A stretch of DNA of 52,424 bases from Thermincola sp. (GTDB lineage Bacteria; Bacillota; Thermincolia; Thermincolales; UBA2595), in contig DYZU01000164.1 in the NCBI GenBank assembly GCA_022735835.1, forward strand, positions 1 to 52,424. Reading direction: 5' to 3'. The stretch's first letter is position 1; every line of letters starts with the position of its first letter. The translations under genes were made by a program, and so were the position numbers. The notes beneath the pieces were generated by a model. The model saw only the letters and a list, made by a program, of their open reading frames with translations. It had not been told where the DNA came from and did not search any database. Shown piece by piece: positions 1 through 8,905 of this stretch.

Positions 1-82
1 TCGTCCACCGGCCCGCGAACGCATAAGCGTGAGCGGCTTGCCGGTGGAGATTGTGGCCGTTCGCAGGAATATACCTGCCACC

Positions 83-111
83 TGTATATTTAAAGTAAAG
101 AAGTTTGTCAA
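83..111 (-). promoter_or_regulatory. Candidate sigma-A promoter (TTGACA-17 nt-TATACA) firing toward the window start, followed by a GC-rich structured leader cut by the window edge
   Basis: Minus strand: TTGACA is the reverse complement of 106-111 and TATACA of 83-88, with a 17-nt spacer. Downstream there are nested inverted repeats (GCGAACG/CGTTCGC, CCACCGGC/GCCGGTGG) within 1-80. Confidence 0.35.
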
Positions 112-145
112 CAGGCCCTTATGGGACAGCCCTTTTCCATTCTGT

Positions 146-1180
146 TTACCAACCCGGGTATGCCGTCCGGACCACTTCCTCCATCTCGTGCGTTTTTCCC
201 CTCGTCATCAGCTTGGACACGGACTCGACGGTATTCTGCCCTTCGTAAAGCACCCCGTAAGCCTGTTCGACAATCGGCATTGTTACCCCGGTTTTTTTCA
301 TGAGTTTATAAGCCGCCGCAGTTGTCCGGTAGCCCTCTACCACCATCCGCACTGTTTTAAGAGCTTCATCCACGGTTTTCCCTTTTCCAATCTCGATCCC
401 GAACCTCCTGTTCCGGCTGTGCATACTGGTGCATGTGACAATCAGGTCACCGACTCCGGCCAACCCGGCAAATGTCAGGGGGTTGGCCCCCAGCTCAACT
501 CCCAGGCGGGATATTTCCGCCAGGCCCCTGGTCATCAGGGCCGCCTTGGTGTTGTCGCCAAATCCCAGCCCGTCGGATATCCCCGTACAGATGGCAATAA
601 TGTTCTTCAGGGCCCCGCCCATTTCCACACCAACGATATCCGGGTTGGTATACACCCTGAACCTCGGCGTCATAAACAGCTCCTGGGCGTGTTCACAGGC
701 AGCCCTGTCTTGCCCCGCCACAACCACAGCCGTCGGAATATCACGGCTGACCTCTTCGGCATGGCTGGGGCCTGATAAAACGATAAAGTTCTTATAAAGC
801 CCTTCACCTGCTTCTTCGCGGAAAACCTCTGACAGGCGTTTCAACGATGACTCTTCAATACCCTTGGCGGTATTCACGATCAGCTGGTTTTTGCGCAGTA
901 AAGGCACTAATTTTTGCAGGACTTCCCTGAACGCCTGGGAAGGTATGCTCATAACAACAGCCGCAGCGTTTTGGACGGCCTCCTGAAGGGAAGTGAAAAC
1001 CTCAATGTTTCCGGGAATGGTCAACCCCGGCAGGTACTTCTGGTTGGTCTTCCTGGTGTTTATTTCTGCCACCACATCCTCTTCACATGACCACATCCTG
1101 ACGTTTAAACCTTTCTTGGCCAGCAGGACAGCCAACGCTGTGCCCCAGCTGCCGGCCCCGATAACAGCTACCCGCTCCAT
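146..1180 (-). CDS. gpsA: NAD(P)H-dependent glycerol-3-phosphate dehydrogenase
   Basis: ORF 146..1186 has the Rossmann motif VAVIGAGSWGTA and resembles GpsA over its full length. GGAGG lies 6 nt upstream of the ATG at 1180, which favours that start over the GTG at 1186. Confidence 0.9.
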   Translation of the reverse strand: MERVAVIGAGSWGTALAVLLAKKGLNVRMWSCEEDVVAEINTRKTNQKYLPGLTIPGNIEVFTSLQEAVQNAAAVVMSIPSQAFREVLQKLVPLLRKNQLIVNTAKGIEESSLKRLSEVFREEAGEGLYKNFIVLSGPSHAEEVSRDIPTAVVVAGQDRAACEHAQELFMTPRFRVYTNPDIVGVEMGGALKNIIAICTGISDGLGFGDNTKAALMTRGLAEISRLGVELGANPLTFAGLAGVGDLIVTCTSMHSRNRRFGIEIGKGKTVDEALKTVRMVVEGYRTTAAAYKLMKKTGVTMPIVEQAYGVLYEGQNTVESVSKLMTRGKTHEMEEVVRTAYPGW

Positions 1181-1190
1181 GTTCACCCTC

Positions 1191-1784
1191 CTATTTGCGT
1201 TCCGCTTTCTGGCCTATTTTGTATTCGGTCCCCTTGAGCAGCCTGCCGATATTGGACCTGTGCCGGTATATCAAAAAAGCCGCCGCAATACCCAGGAAAA
1301 CCTTCATTCCCGGGGATTCCCCGAAAATGAACATGGATGGTATTACACTCACGGCAGCCAGTATTGACGCCATTGATACATACCTGGTCAGGGCCAGGGT
1401 CAAAAGCCACATTCCGGCGCCCACCAGAGCCACCTTAGGGGCCAGGACCAGCAGCACACCCAGGGCGGTGGCCACCAGTTTGCCCCCCTTAAACTTTAAA
1501 AAAACGGAGAAGCTGTGGCCGAGCATGGCCGCCATCCCGCAGAAAATACCGAATGCTTCCCCGCCGTTTCTTACACCGAGCCACGCGGCCAGCGCCCCTT
1601 TCCCGACATCGCCGAATAAAACTACGATGGCGGGCAGCCATCCCACTGTCCGCAAAACATTTGTGAAACCAATATTGCCGCTGCCGTGTTCAAGGATGTT
1701 AATCCCTTTCCAGTACTTGCTGACCAGGTAGCCAAAGGGAATAGAACCCAGCAGGTAACCGGTCATTACAGCTAAATAATTCAT
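1191..1784 (-). CDS. plsY: Glycerol-3-phosphate acyltransferase PlsY
   Basis: 197-aa polytopic membrane ORF with GYLLGSIPFGY and HGSGNIGFTN motifs. It lies between der and gpsA. Confidence 0.9.
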   Translation of the reverse strand: MNYLAVMTGYLLGSIPFGYLVSKYWKGINILEHGSGNIGFTNVLRTVGWLPAIVVLFGDVGKGALAAWLGVRNGGEAFGIFCGMAAMLGHSFSVFLKFKGGKLVATALGVLLVLAPKVALVGAGMWLLTLALTRYVSMASILAAVSVIPSMFIFGESPGMKVFLGIAAAFLIYRHRSNIGRLLKGTEYKIGQKAERK

Positions 1785-1798
1785 CGGCTCTCCCCCTG

Positions 1799-3130
1799 CT
1801 ATTTTTCTTCACGTTTTCTGACAATAAATCTGATGGGAGTTCCTTCAAATCCGAAACTGTTCCGCAACTGGTTTTCCAAATACCTCAGGTAGGAGAAATG
1901 CATTAGTTCCGGGTCATTAACGAAGATAATAAACGTCGGCGGCTTAACCGCGGCCTGGGTAACATACAGGAGCTTAAGTCTTCTGCCTCTGTCCGAGGGA
2001 GGCGGGTTAAGCCGGGCCGATTCCTGAATCAGTTCATTCAAAGTGCTGGTGGATATCCTCATCGCATGCTGCTCGGCTACATAATCAACCAGTTCGAGTA
2101 TTTTGGGAATCCGTTTTTTGGTTAAAGCCGAAACGAAAACAACCGGGGCATATTGCAAAAACCCGAGCTCCGCCCTGATGTCCTCGGTAAACCTGAGCAT
2201 GGTTTTATCGTCCTTTTCCACCAAATCCCACTTGTTGACCACGATAACTATCGCTTTCCCCGCTTCATGAGCGTATCCCGCGATCTTTTTGTCCTGTTCG
2301 GTCACTCCCTCCGCAGCGTCCAAAACCATCAGAACGACCTCAGACCTGTCAACTGCCCTTAAAGACCTGACTACACTATATCTTTCGGTAGGCTCATGGA
2401 TTTTCCCTTTTTTTCTCATCCCAGCGGTGTCAATTAACAGGTACTTTTTATGGTCCCGTTCGAAATACGTGTCTATGGCATCCCGCGTAGTCCCCGGAAT
2501 ATCGCTCACAATAACCCTTTCCTCACCCAAAGTGGCGTTCACAATTGATGATTTGCCCACATTGGGCCTGCCGATAACGGCTATTTTAATAATATCTTCA
2601 TCTAATTCGGCTTCTTCCGCAACCGGCGGCAGGAGCTCATTTACCCGGTCCAGCAGGTCCCCTATGTTTTTTCCGTGGGCAGCCGAGACCATAAAAGGCT
2701 CGCCCAGGCCCAGCCTGTAAAAATCAAATACATCGTAATTGCCTTTAAAATCGTCTACCTTGTTGGCCACCAGGATGACCGGTTTTTTTGTTTTTCTGAG
2801 TACTTTGGCCACTTCCTCATCCACCGGGGTAAGGCCTTCCCGGGCATCCACCAAAAACAGGATTACATCTGCCTCTTCTATGGCCAGCTTGGCCTGCAAA
2901 TGCACTCCCTGGGAAATCTGGTCCGTAACATTCTGGAACTCCACCCCACCCGTATCAATAAGGGTAAACTCCCTGCCCAGCCATTCGGCATCCCGGTACA
3001 GCCGGTCCCTGGTAACTCCCGGCTTGTCTTCCACTATGGCCACCATCCGGCCCTCACCCGCTATTCTGTTAAACAGTGTAGACTTGCCCACATTGGGCCG
3101 CCCTACTATCGCCACAAGAGGCTTAGCCAC
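1799..3130 (-). CDS. der: Ribosome-associated GTPase Der/EngA
   Basis: Two tandem GTPase domains, each with G1 motif GRPNVGKS(T/S), plus a C-terminal KH-like region. Confidence 0.95.
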   Translation of the reverse strand: MAKPLVAIVGRPNVGKSTLFNRIAGEGRMVAIVEDKPGVTRDRLYRDAEWLGREFTLIDTGGVEFQNVTDQISQGVHLQAKLAIEEADVILFLVDAREGLTPVDEEVAKVLRKTKKPVILVANKVDDFKGNYDVFDFYRLGLGEPFMVSAAHGKNIGDLLDRVNELLPPVAEEAELDEDIIKIAVIGRPNVGKSSIVNATLGEERVIVSDIPGTTRDAIDTYFERDHKKYLLIDTAGMRKKGKIHEPTERYSVVRSLRAVDRSEVVLMVLDAAEGVTEQDKKIAGYAHEAGKAIVIVVNKWDLVEKDDKTMLRFTEDIRAELGFLQYAPVVFVSALTKKRIPKILELVDYVAEQHAMRISTSTLNELIQESARLNPPPSDRGRRLKLLYVTQAAVKPPTFIIFVNDPELMHFSYLRYLENQLRNSFGFEGTPIRFIVRKREEK

Positions 3131-3142
3131 AACAGGACCTCC

Positions 3143-4459
3143 TTATTCCATAATTACATCAATAAGCTGTTTGGCGCCTTCATCTATATTAATAACCCTG
3201 ACAGGCACATTCAACTCCTTTTCCAGGTCACCGGGGGCAGTCCCGTCAAGAAAAACCGGTTCATCACGTTTGCACATCACCGACGGCAGCAATACCATGT
3301 CCCTGGAAGGGCGCTTTTTCAGGACCTTGAGCACGTCCCGGCCTGTCAAAAGCCCGGCCACGGTGACGTGACCCCCAAAAAACTCATTGAACACACTGAC
3401 CAGTTCCACATGTAAATTCTTAATCCGGTTTAACCGCTCCGCTATCGGACGCAGGACATAATCACCGGAGACTCCGGTGACAATGGCAATTTTTTTGGCT
3501 TTATGCAGGGCTTCCGGCAGGCGGCTGCTCTCTTCGACAAAGCTGTCATAAAACAACCTGACCAACCCCACACCGTTTTCCAGTTGGGGATAACCTCCGT
3601 AAAACTCGGCTTTGGGAAACTCTCTCCCGGCTATCACGTAAAACTCATCACTCAGGTAAACGAGAGGTGACCCAAATTTCTGCATGAATTCCCGCTGGTA
3701 TTCCCGGACCCTGTCAATCAGCCCGGCTGCCTCCGCAGAATTGATCTTCCGTAATATGCGCAGGTTTTCGCGGTGTCTGGTGAGGCCTACCGGCACAATA
3801 GCAATAGACCTGACCCGGGGCCACAGGGAAGAAAGGTCCCTGATGGTTCGCACCAGTTCATCCCCGTCATTTATGTCCGGGCAAAGCACGATTTGGGTAT
3901 GCATCTCGATGCCCGCCTCAGCCAGCATGGTGAGCTGCCCCATGATTTCTCCCGCCCGCCTGTTTCCGAGCATTTTTTCCCTTAAGCCCGGATTGGTGCA
4001 GTGAACAGAAATGTAAAGGGGGCTTATTCTCATGCCTACAATACGGTCGAAATCCTTTTTCGTCAGGTTGGTAAGAGTTACAAAGTTGCCGTGCATAAAC
4101 GAAAGGCGGTAATCGTCATCTTTGATATACAGCGATTCCCGCAAGTCGGGAGGCATCTGGTCGACAAAACAGAAGATGCACTTGTTAACACAGCTCATTA
4201 TCCCGTCAAAAGTGTCTTCCTCAAATACCAGTCCCAGGTCTTCGTCGTACTCCTTCAGAATATCGCAAACCCAGACATCGCCGTTTTTTTTCCTAATTTC
4301 CATTTCCAGCTCATCGTCGGCGCACAGAAACCGGTACTCGATAAAATCCCTGGGCTTCCTCCCGTTTATAGATATCACCCTGTCTCCTTTTTCTATTCCC
4401 AAATCCCCGGCGATGCTTCCGGGAACAACTTTCTCTACCGTCGCTTTAATTTCACCCAC
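3143..4459 (-). CDS. PDZ / radical-SAM-like / DUF512 family protein
   Basis: N-terminal PDZ-like segment (GSIAGDLGIEKGDRVISING), a CxxxCxxC cluster (CVNKCIFC) and a long C-terminal region typical of DUF512 proteins found next to der in Clostridia. Confidence 0.7.
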   Translation of the reverse strand: MGEIKATVEKVVPGSIAGDLGIEKGDRVISINGRKPRDFIEYRFLCADDELEMEIRKKNGDVWVCDILKEYDEDLGLVFEEDTFDGIMSCVNKCIFCFVDQMPPDLRESLYIKDDDYRLSFMHGNFVTLTNLTKKDFDRIVGMRISPLYISVHCTNPGLREKMLGNRRAGEIMGQLTMLAEAGIEMHTQIVLCPDINDGDELVRTIRDLSSLWPRVRSIAIVPVGLTRHRENLRILRKINSAEAAGLIDRVREYQREFMQKFGSPLVYLSDEFYVIAGREFPKAEFYGGYPQLENGVGLVRLFYDSFVEESSRLPEALHKAKKIAIVTGVSGDYVLRPIAERLNRIKNLHVELVSVFNEFFGGHVTVAGLLTGRDVLKVLKKRPSRDMVLLPSVMCKRDEPVFLDGTAPGDLEKELNVPVRVINIDEGAKQLIDVIME

Positions 4460-4530
4460 CGGCTATGAACCTCATTTCCTTTTTACTCTTCATAATTATC
4501 CTTCAAATTTCCAGGGAAAGTCAAGGCAAT

Positions 4531-4557
4531 ACAACAAAAAGCGCTTCAGGCGCTTTT
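4531..4557 (-). terminator. Rho-independent terminator after the DUF3189 gene
   Basis: Minus-strand hairpin AGCGC-cugaa-GCGCU followed by UUUUGUUGU. The stop codon lies in the loop. Confidence 0.5.
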
Positions 4558-5025
4558 CGAATGGAAAGACATTTTCCTATTTTCCTCAACCAGTTTTAAT
4601 AAAAAAGGCAGTTCTCTCCTGGCTCCCAGATAAAAAAAGAATCTGGCCAGGGAGTATAAACGCATTTTTTTCAAACATAGACCGGCGGAGGTCCATCTGC
4701 TGGTCACGGGGGAAGTATCGATGACACACCATTCTCCTTTTTTGGTACCCACCAGGCTTATAAAATCGTTAGCCGCCTTGGCCATTATCGGCCCCACATT
4801 ACGGACTCCGATTGTATATACTTCTGTATCATCACGGTCCGCACCGACAAAAAACGGCCTGCCATCATCCCTGCAATAATTGGCATCAAACCCGTGAAGG
4901 CCGAATATGTCATTACTGTGCATGTCTTCGTTAGAACCGGGCTTTTTTTTTAAAAGCCCCAAATACAGGGCAGCCGCCAACAGTGAAGTATGACGCCCGG
5001 TCCGGCATAGAAAAAATACTTTCAT
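4546..5025 (-). CDS. DUF3189 family protein (divergent paralogue)
   Basis: 159 aa, the same length as its neighbour. The N-terminus FFLCRTGRHTSLLAAALYLG parallels the IYHCYGGAHSSVTAAAVHLG of the paralogue. Confidence 0.55.
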   Translation of the reverse strand: MKVFFLCRTGRHTSLLAAALYLGLLKKKPGSNEDMHSNDIFGLHGFDANYCRDDGRPFFVGADRDDTEVYTIGVRNVGPIMAKAANDFISLVGTKKGEWCVIDTSPVTSRWTSAGLCLKKMRLYSLARFFFYLGARRELPFLLKLVEENRKMSFHSKSA

Positions 5026-5038
5026 TGCTCCTCCCAGT

Positions 5039-5518
5039 TTACATTTTTATCCTCCTGTTTCCGGAAGCTGTCATGACCTTTACTCTCTGCACAAGGCTGA
5101 CAATCTGCCAGTATGAATACCTGACCCCTTTGATGATGATAGACCTGCCGGGCCAGGTCAATCCCATTCTCCGGGAAGTGAACCCCCCCAGAACCATTTT
5201 CCAATTAACATACGGCATTACATCAATAATGGCAAATTCCTGTTCCGGGAGCCTATATATTTCCATTAGCCCCCTCAGCATGTTTTCAAAAACTCTGGAT
5301 TCATTTCTCCGGCTGGCAATGTAGATGTCATTGCCGAATTCGTCCCTGCCCATGAACCGGATATGGCCGTGGTCCTTAGCGACAGGTCTGTCAAAATAGG
5401 GTATTTGTTTAAGTTCTTCTTTCTCCGGCAGGCGGTCCGTCGGCAGCCAACCCAAATGAACGGCCGCGGCAGTAACGGAAGAATGGGCTCCCCCGTAGCA
5501 GTGATAGATTATCTTCAT
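5039..5518 (-). CDS. DUF3189 family protein
   Basis: N-terminal MKIIYHCYGGAHSSVTAAAVHLG signature remembered for DUF3189. 159 aa. Confidence 0.65.
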   Translation of the reverse strand: MKIIYHCYGGAHSSVTAAAVHLGWLPTDRLPEKEELKQIPYFDRPVAKDHGHIRFMGRDEFGNDIYIASRRNESRVFENMLRGLMEIYRLPEQEFAIIDVMPYVNWKMVLGGFTSRRMGLTWPGRSIIIKGVRYSYWQIVSLVQRVKVMTASGNRRIKM

Positions 5519-5557
5519 ACCCGGTATCCCTTCGGCTTCAGGATTTACAAATATTTA

Positions 5558-5749
5558 TCAGTGTTTCACAATTACATAAACTCCGTTTCCAACGTCATGC
5601 ACCATGGCTTTCATTACCTGGGCCAGGGTGCCGGCAATCCTGGCCTGTTCTTCCTCAGTGGAAGCAAAAAAAATAGGAACATCTCCGCCAACTGCTTCCT
5701 TGTTTAATGTTACTACAGCTAACAGTTTATCCTTCGCCATTCTATTCAC
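5558..5749 (-). CDS. Small protein, likely the capping-complex partner of the YIEGIA protein
   Basis: 63-aa ORF whose stop lies 2 nt before the YIEGIA gene start, so translational coupling is likely. The family assignment is from memory of conserved synteny. Confidence 0.45.
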   Translation of the reverse strand: MNRMAKDKLLAVVTLNKEAVGGDVPIFFASTEEEQARIAGTLAQVMKAMVHDVGNGVYVIVKH

Positions 5750-5750
5750 C

Positions 5751-6644
5751 CTAATCGGCAGCTATGCGGCCGGCCTTGGTCTTGAGAGGGGCCCGGCGGG
5801 CGCTTTCCAGAACCGGAACACGTTCCACCGCCGCTACCAGACCGTCAATATCTTTCTCGGCAGGTACACAAAAAAGAGCAATGGAACCGACATCAATATT
5901 CTTTCTCACTATTGGAGTGAACTCGGGGGTGTCTACGTCTTTTTTGGTCCCGAGAACAGCAGTGGCTACGTTGGCAATGGCCTGCCGCTGTCCCATATTG
6001 CTGAGGGTTGCCCTGGCGTTGTCATTTTTAGGATGAATGACAACTCCCAGACCGTCTCTTAATATTTTTTCCCTCATCTTCGGGAGCCCCACATTCATGA
6101 TCTCAATTTCGTTTACCATGAGCAGCGGTCCTGCAAAATGAAGTTGTCCTGCCTCGACTTCGGCGATATCTCCTATTACCTTTCCTTTCATCAGATATTC
6201 GCTGACACCTAAAAAAGCGAATCCGGTTAATAGTGATAACAGGGGCCAGCGGGTAAAGTGATGGACTGCACTGGTTGCGAGAGCGGTTACCATGACAAGG
6301 TAGTTTCTCTGTTCAAATACTCTGGCTATTCCTTCGATGTAATCTTTGCCTCTTGGCACCAGTTCTGCCTCATCCAATGCCGCCAGGCTCTCGCGTTCCA
6401 TGTTCCTTACTTCCCGGAACTGCTGGGCCGCTAAAGCCAGAAAAGTAACCGCGGCAAATTCTTTTTCTGCTATCGCTGGTAAGGCTACTGACCCCAAAGC
6501 TGCGGCAATAAATCCCAAAGACATGTGGGTCACATATCCATGAGGATAGCCCGGATACTGGCGGTAATCAGACCTCAGCATATATGCTCTGGCCAGGGTT
6601 CCCATCAGGATTCCCAGGCCAATGGTCATACCATACTGTTCCAT
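5751..6644 (-). CDS. YIEGIA family membrane protein
   Basis: Contains the literal KDYIEGIA motif. The N-terminal half is hydrophobic. Confidence 0.75.
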   Translation of the reverse strand: MEQYGMTIGLGILMGTLARAYMLRSDYRQYPGYPHGYVTHMSLGFIAAALGSVALPAIAEKEFAAVTFLALAAQQFREVRNMERESLAALDEAELVPRGKDYIEGIARVFEQRNYLVMVTALATSAVHHFTRWPLLSLLTGFAFLGVSEYLMKGKVIGDIAEVEAGQLHFAGPLLMVNEIEIMNVGLPKMREKILRDGLGVVIHPKNDNARATLSNMGQRQAIANVATAVLGTKKDVDTPEFTPIVRKNIDVGSIALFCVPAEKDIDGLVAAVERVPVLESARRAPLKTKAGRIAAD

Positions 6645-6690
6645 CCGGACTCCCTCCCGTAATCAAAATTTTATTTATTCTTGATTTGAC

Positions 6691-7905
6691 TTATTCTTTC
6701 TTTTTGTTGGACAACCTGCGGCTGATTTTCCCGAGCCCAAAGAAATTTGCGAATTCCGTCTTGCTAAGTTCGCCGATTTTGCTCTTCATTCCCTTAATGC
6801 TTCCGGTGCTGATGAACAAAAACCCGACTCCGGCCGCCAGGATTATGCCGAGTATCCAGCCAACGGTTGTCCAGGAACTTTTGGTTTCAGACGGGGCTTC
6901 CGCCGGCGGGGCAGGTCTTCCCCTTACGCCCTGAATATTAAGAATTGCCGGAAGGGCGTCGGCAAAAACGGCGGCGCCTTTTTCAGCCCTCAGTCTGTCA
7001 TTGGTATGAGTCCCCACTTCCAGCAGCAAAACCCGCGGACCCAGGTCCTGGTTATAGTTCCCCTTGCCTATAAATATCCCTTTAATCAGGCCAGGCTTGT
7101 GTTTATCCATATATGCTTTGATGTTTTTGGCAAACGCCAGGTTGGTGGCCATATTGGGATTCTGCCTGCCCACCACCAGCCTGATTTTGGTGATGTCTTC
7201 CCCTTCCAGGTGTTTATTATAAAAATCGGGGTCGGGGACGCCGTCCCTGTGGACATCCAACAGGGCTATAGGCCTGTTTTTCAGCAACTTTACCGCTGTT
7301 TTCCTGGACCTGTGGTACGCATTGGCGTCATGCGGTTCATGGGGCGTTTTATCATCATCCACTGCCACCCCTTTCTCCCTCAATTTGGAAGCAAGTGCGC
7401 CGCCAACCTTAAATATTCCCCCTTTGGCCGGAATATTCGCGCTGCCATCAGTCGGCACATATGACTCATCACTGTGCGTATGGTAAATGGCAACCTGAGT
7501 TTGCTTCATGTTGGCCTGGGCAGCCTTGGTACTGGCAGGGGCCGTATCCCATTCCTCTTTCCAGACGATATCGGTAGCCTTGCCAATTCTCCTGGCAAAG
7601 GCTTTGTTACCTTTAACCCGTGTTATGCGGTACTGTTCATTGGTTTCGCTGATGATTTCGTCTCCCACGTAAACAACTCTCGATGTCTTATCCAGAACCG
7701 CTTCGTTCTTTTCGTCAAGAACCGTTATATATTCCCCGGCCTGCAGTTCCTGCTCATAACCTCCGGCCAGTTGAAATCGGTCAATAATGGAAGCCGGCAT
7801 CGTTTCCATAACCCGGGGGAACACCTGCACGAGCGGGACGCTTATCAGCGCAATCCCAACAACCAGGGTTAATATTCCAAAAATCAGATTGCTTTTCCTG
7901 TTCAT
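6691..7905 (-). CDS. spoIIP: Stage II sporulation protein P
   Basis: Signal-anchor N-terminus (MNRKSNLIFGILTLVVGIALI) and the IYHTHSDESY motif of the SpoIIP amidase family. The ATG at 7905 avoids overlap with the upstream gene. The ORF is open to 7980. Confidence 0.8.
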   Translation of the reverse strand: MNRKSNLIFGILTLVVGIALISVPLVQVFPRVMETMPASIIDRFQLAGGYEQELQAGEYITVLDEKNEAVLDKTSRVVYVGDEIISETNEQYRITRVKGNKAFARRIGKATDIVWKEEWDTAPASTKAAQANMKQTQVAIYHTHSDESYVPTDGSANIPAKGGIFKVGGALASKLREKGVAVDDDKTPHEPHDANAYHRSRKTAVKLLKNRPIALLDVHRDGVPDPDFYNKHLEGEDITKIRLVVGRQNPNMATNLAFAKNIKAYMDKHKPGLIKGIFIGKGNYNQDLGPRVLLLEVGTHTNDRLRAEKGAAVFADALPAILNIQGVRGRPAPPAEAPSETKSSWTTVGWILGIILAAGVGFLFISTGSIKGMKSKIGELSKTEFANFFGLGKISRRLSNKKKE

Positions 7906-7912
7906 AAGATTT

Positions 7913-8659
7913 TTAGGCCTCCTGTTCTTCCGGATTAATATCCGCGCGCTCACTGTCCCCTGCCTTGGGCGAATCTTCATACTCCTTATTTGTTAAACTT
8001 TGCAGCAGCTTTTTGGGACGCCCCCGGCTGGCCGGTCCTCCCTGCAGCCTTTCCCTGGTTTCACCGATTATTTCGGCCAGTAACACCGCAACTATTCCGG
8101 CCAGAACAATTGAATCAAAGGCTCCCGCCCCGCCGATCATGACTCTTCCGGGAGTTCCGGTACCCAGCAAATAAATCCAGTTAAAAACATCTACAAGTAA
8201 AACGCCCAGTGTAGCCGCAATAAAAGCCGACCTCCTGGACCTGCCGGCGATGTAAGCCACCAGTCCGCCTACAATGGGATATACCCATATCGGGTCCAGA
8301 ACGTCAAAGGCTCCTCCCGGATTGCCTTTCATCAGCACCGACCCAATGTAATACACCACTATTCCGGTTACCCCGGCGGCTATTAACGTTCTCACCCACT
8401 CTTTGGTGGCTCCGGCCCTGGTTAAAACATAGATGGCCAAACCAATCGGGATTAACCCTCCTCCCACGTTTACCGACGCGTTTACTCTTCCCAGGGAAAT
8501 GGGAATATCAATAAAACTGCCGATAATCATGGCCACAAGAATTCCCAGGGCAGTCCTGTCGGAAATCCGCATCCGGTCCAGCACCCTGTGAGCCAGACCA
8601 AAAAAAACAAGCACCGATACAACTATCAGAGAAATAATTCCTATGGGGAACCTGGTCAT
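7913..8659 (-). CDS. DUF1614 family integral membrane protein
   Basis: 248-aa multi-pass membrane ORF with a charged C-terminal tail. The family call is from recalled similarity. Confidence 0.55.
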   Translation of the reverse strand: MTRFPIGIISLIVVSVLVFFGLAHRVLDRMRISDRTALGILVAMIIGSFIDIPISLGRVNASVNVGGGLIPIGLAIYVLTRAGATKEWVRTLIAAGVTGIVVYYIGSVLMKGNPGGAFDVLDPIWVYPIVGGLVAYIAGRSRRSAFIAATLGVLLVDVFNWIYLLGTGTPGRVMIGGAGAFDSIVLAGIVAVLLAEIIGETRERLQGGPASRGRPKKLLQSLTNKEYEDSPKAGDSERADINPEEQEA

Positions 8660-8870
8660 ATGTACTCTCCTTTCTGTAAGCTGATGATTTTTTAACTACT
8701 TTATTAGAGTTCCCCAGGCTTAAGAGAAATATACTATTAACCCGTCAGGGTTGATTTTCCTGGAACGACACCTCCTCCGGTTATGGCATTTATGATCATG
8801 GGGGCCTGGATAGTCTTTTCGAACAAATTTTTATTTTTAGTTTTTGTAAATGCCGGTTATTTATCCGTGG

Positions 8871-8905
8871 AAAAACAACAAAAAAAGGAAGGATTAATGT
8901 CCTTC
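8871..8905 (-). terminator. Rho-independent terminator of ispH/S1
   Basis: Minus-strand hairpin GGAAGGA-cauuaa-UCCUUCC (8905-8886) overlapping the stop codon, followed by UUUUUUUGUUGUUUUU. Confidence 0.6.
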
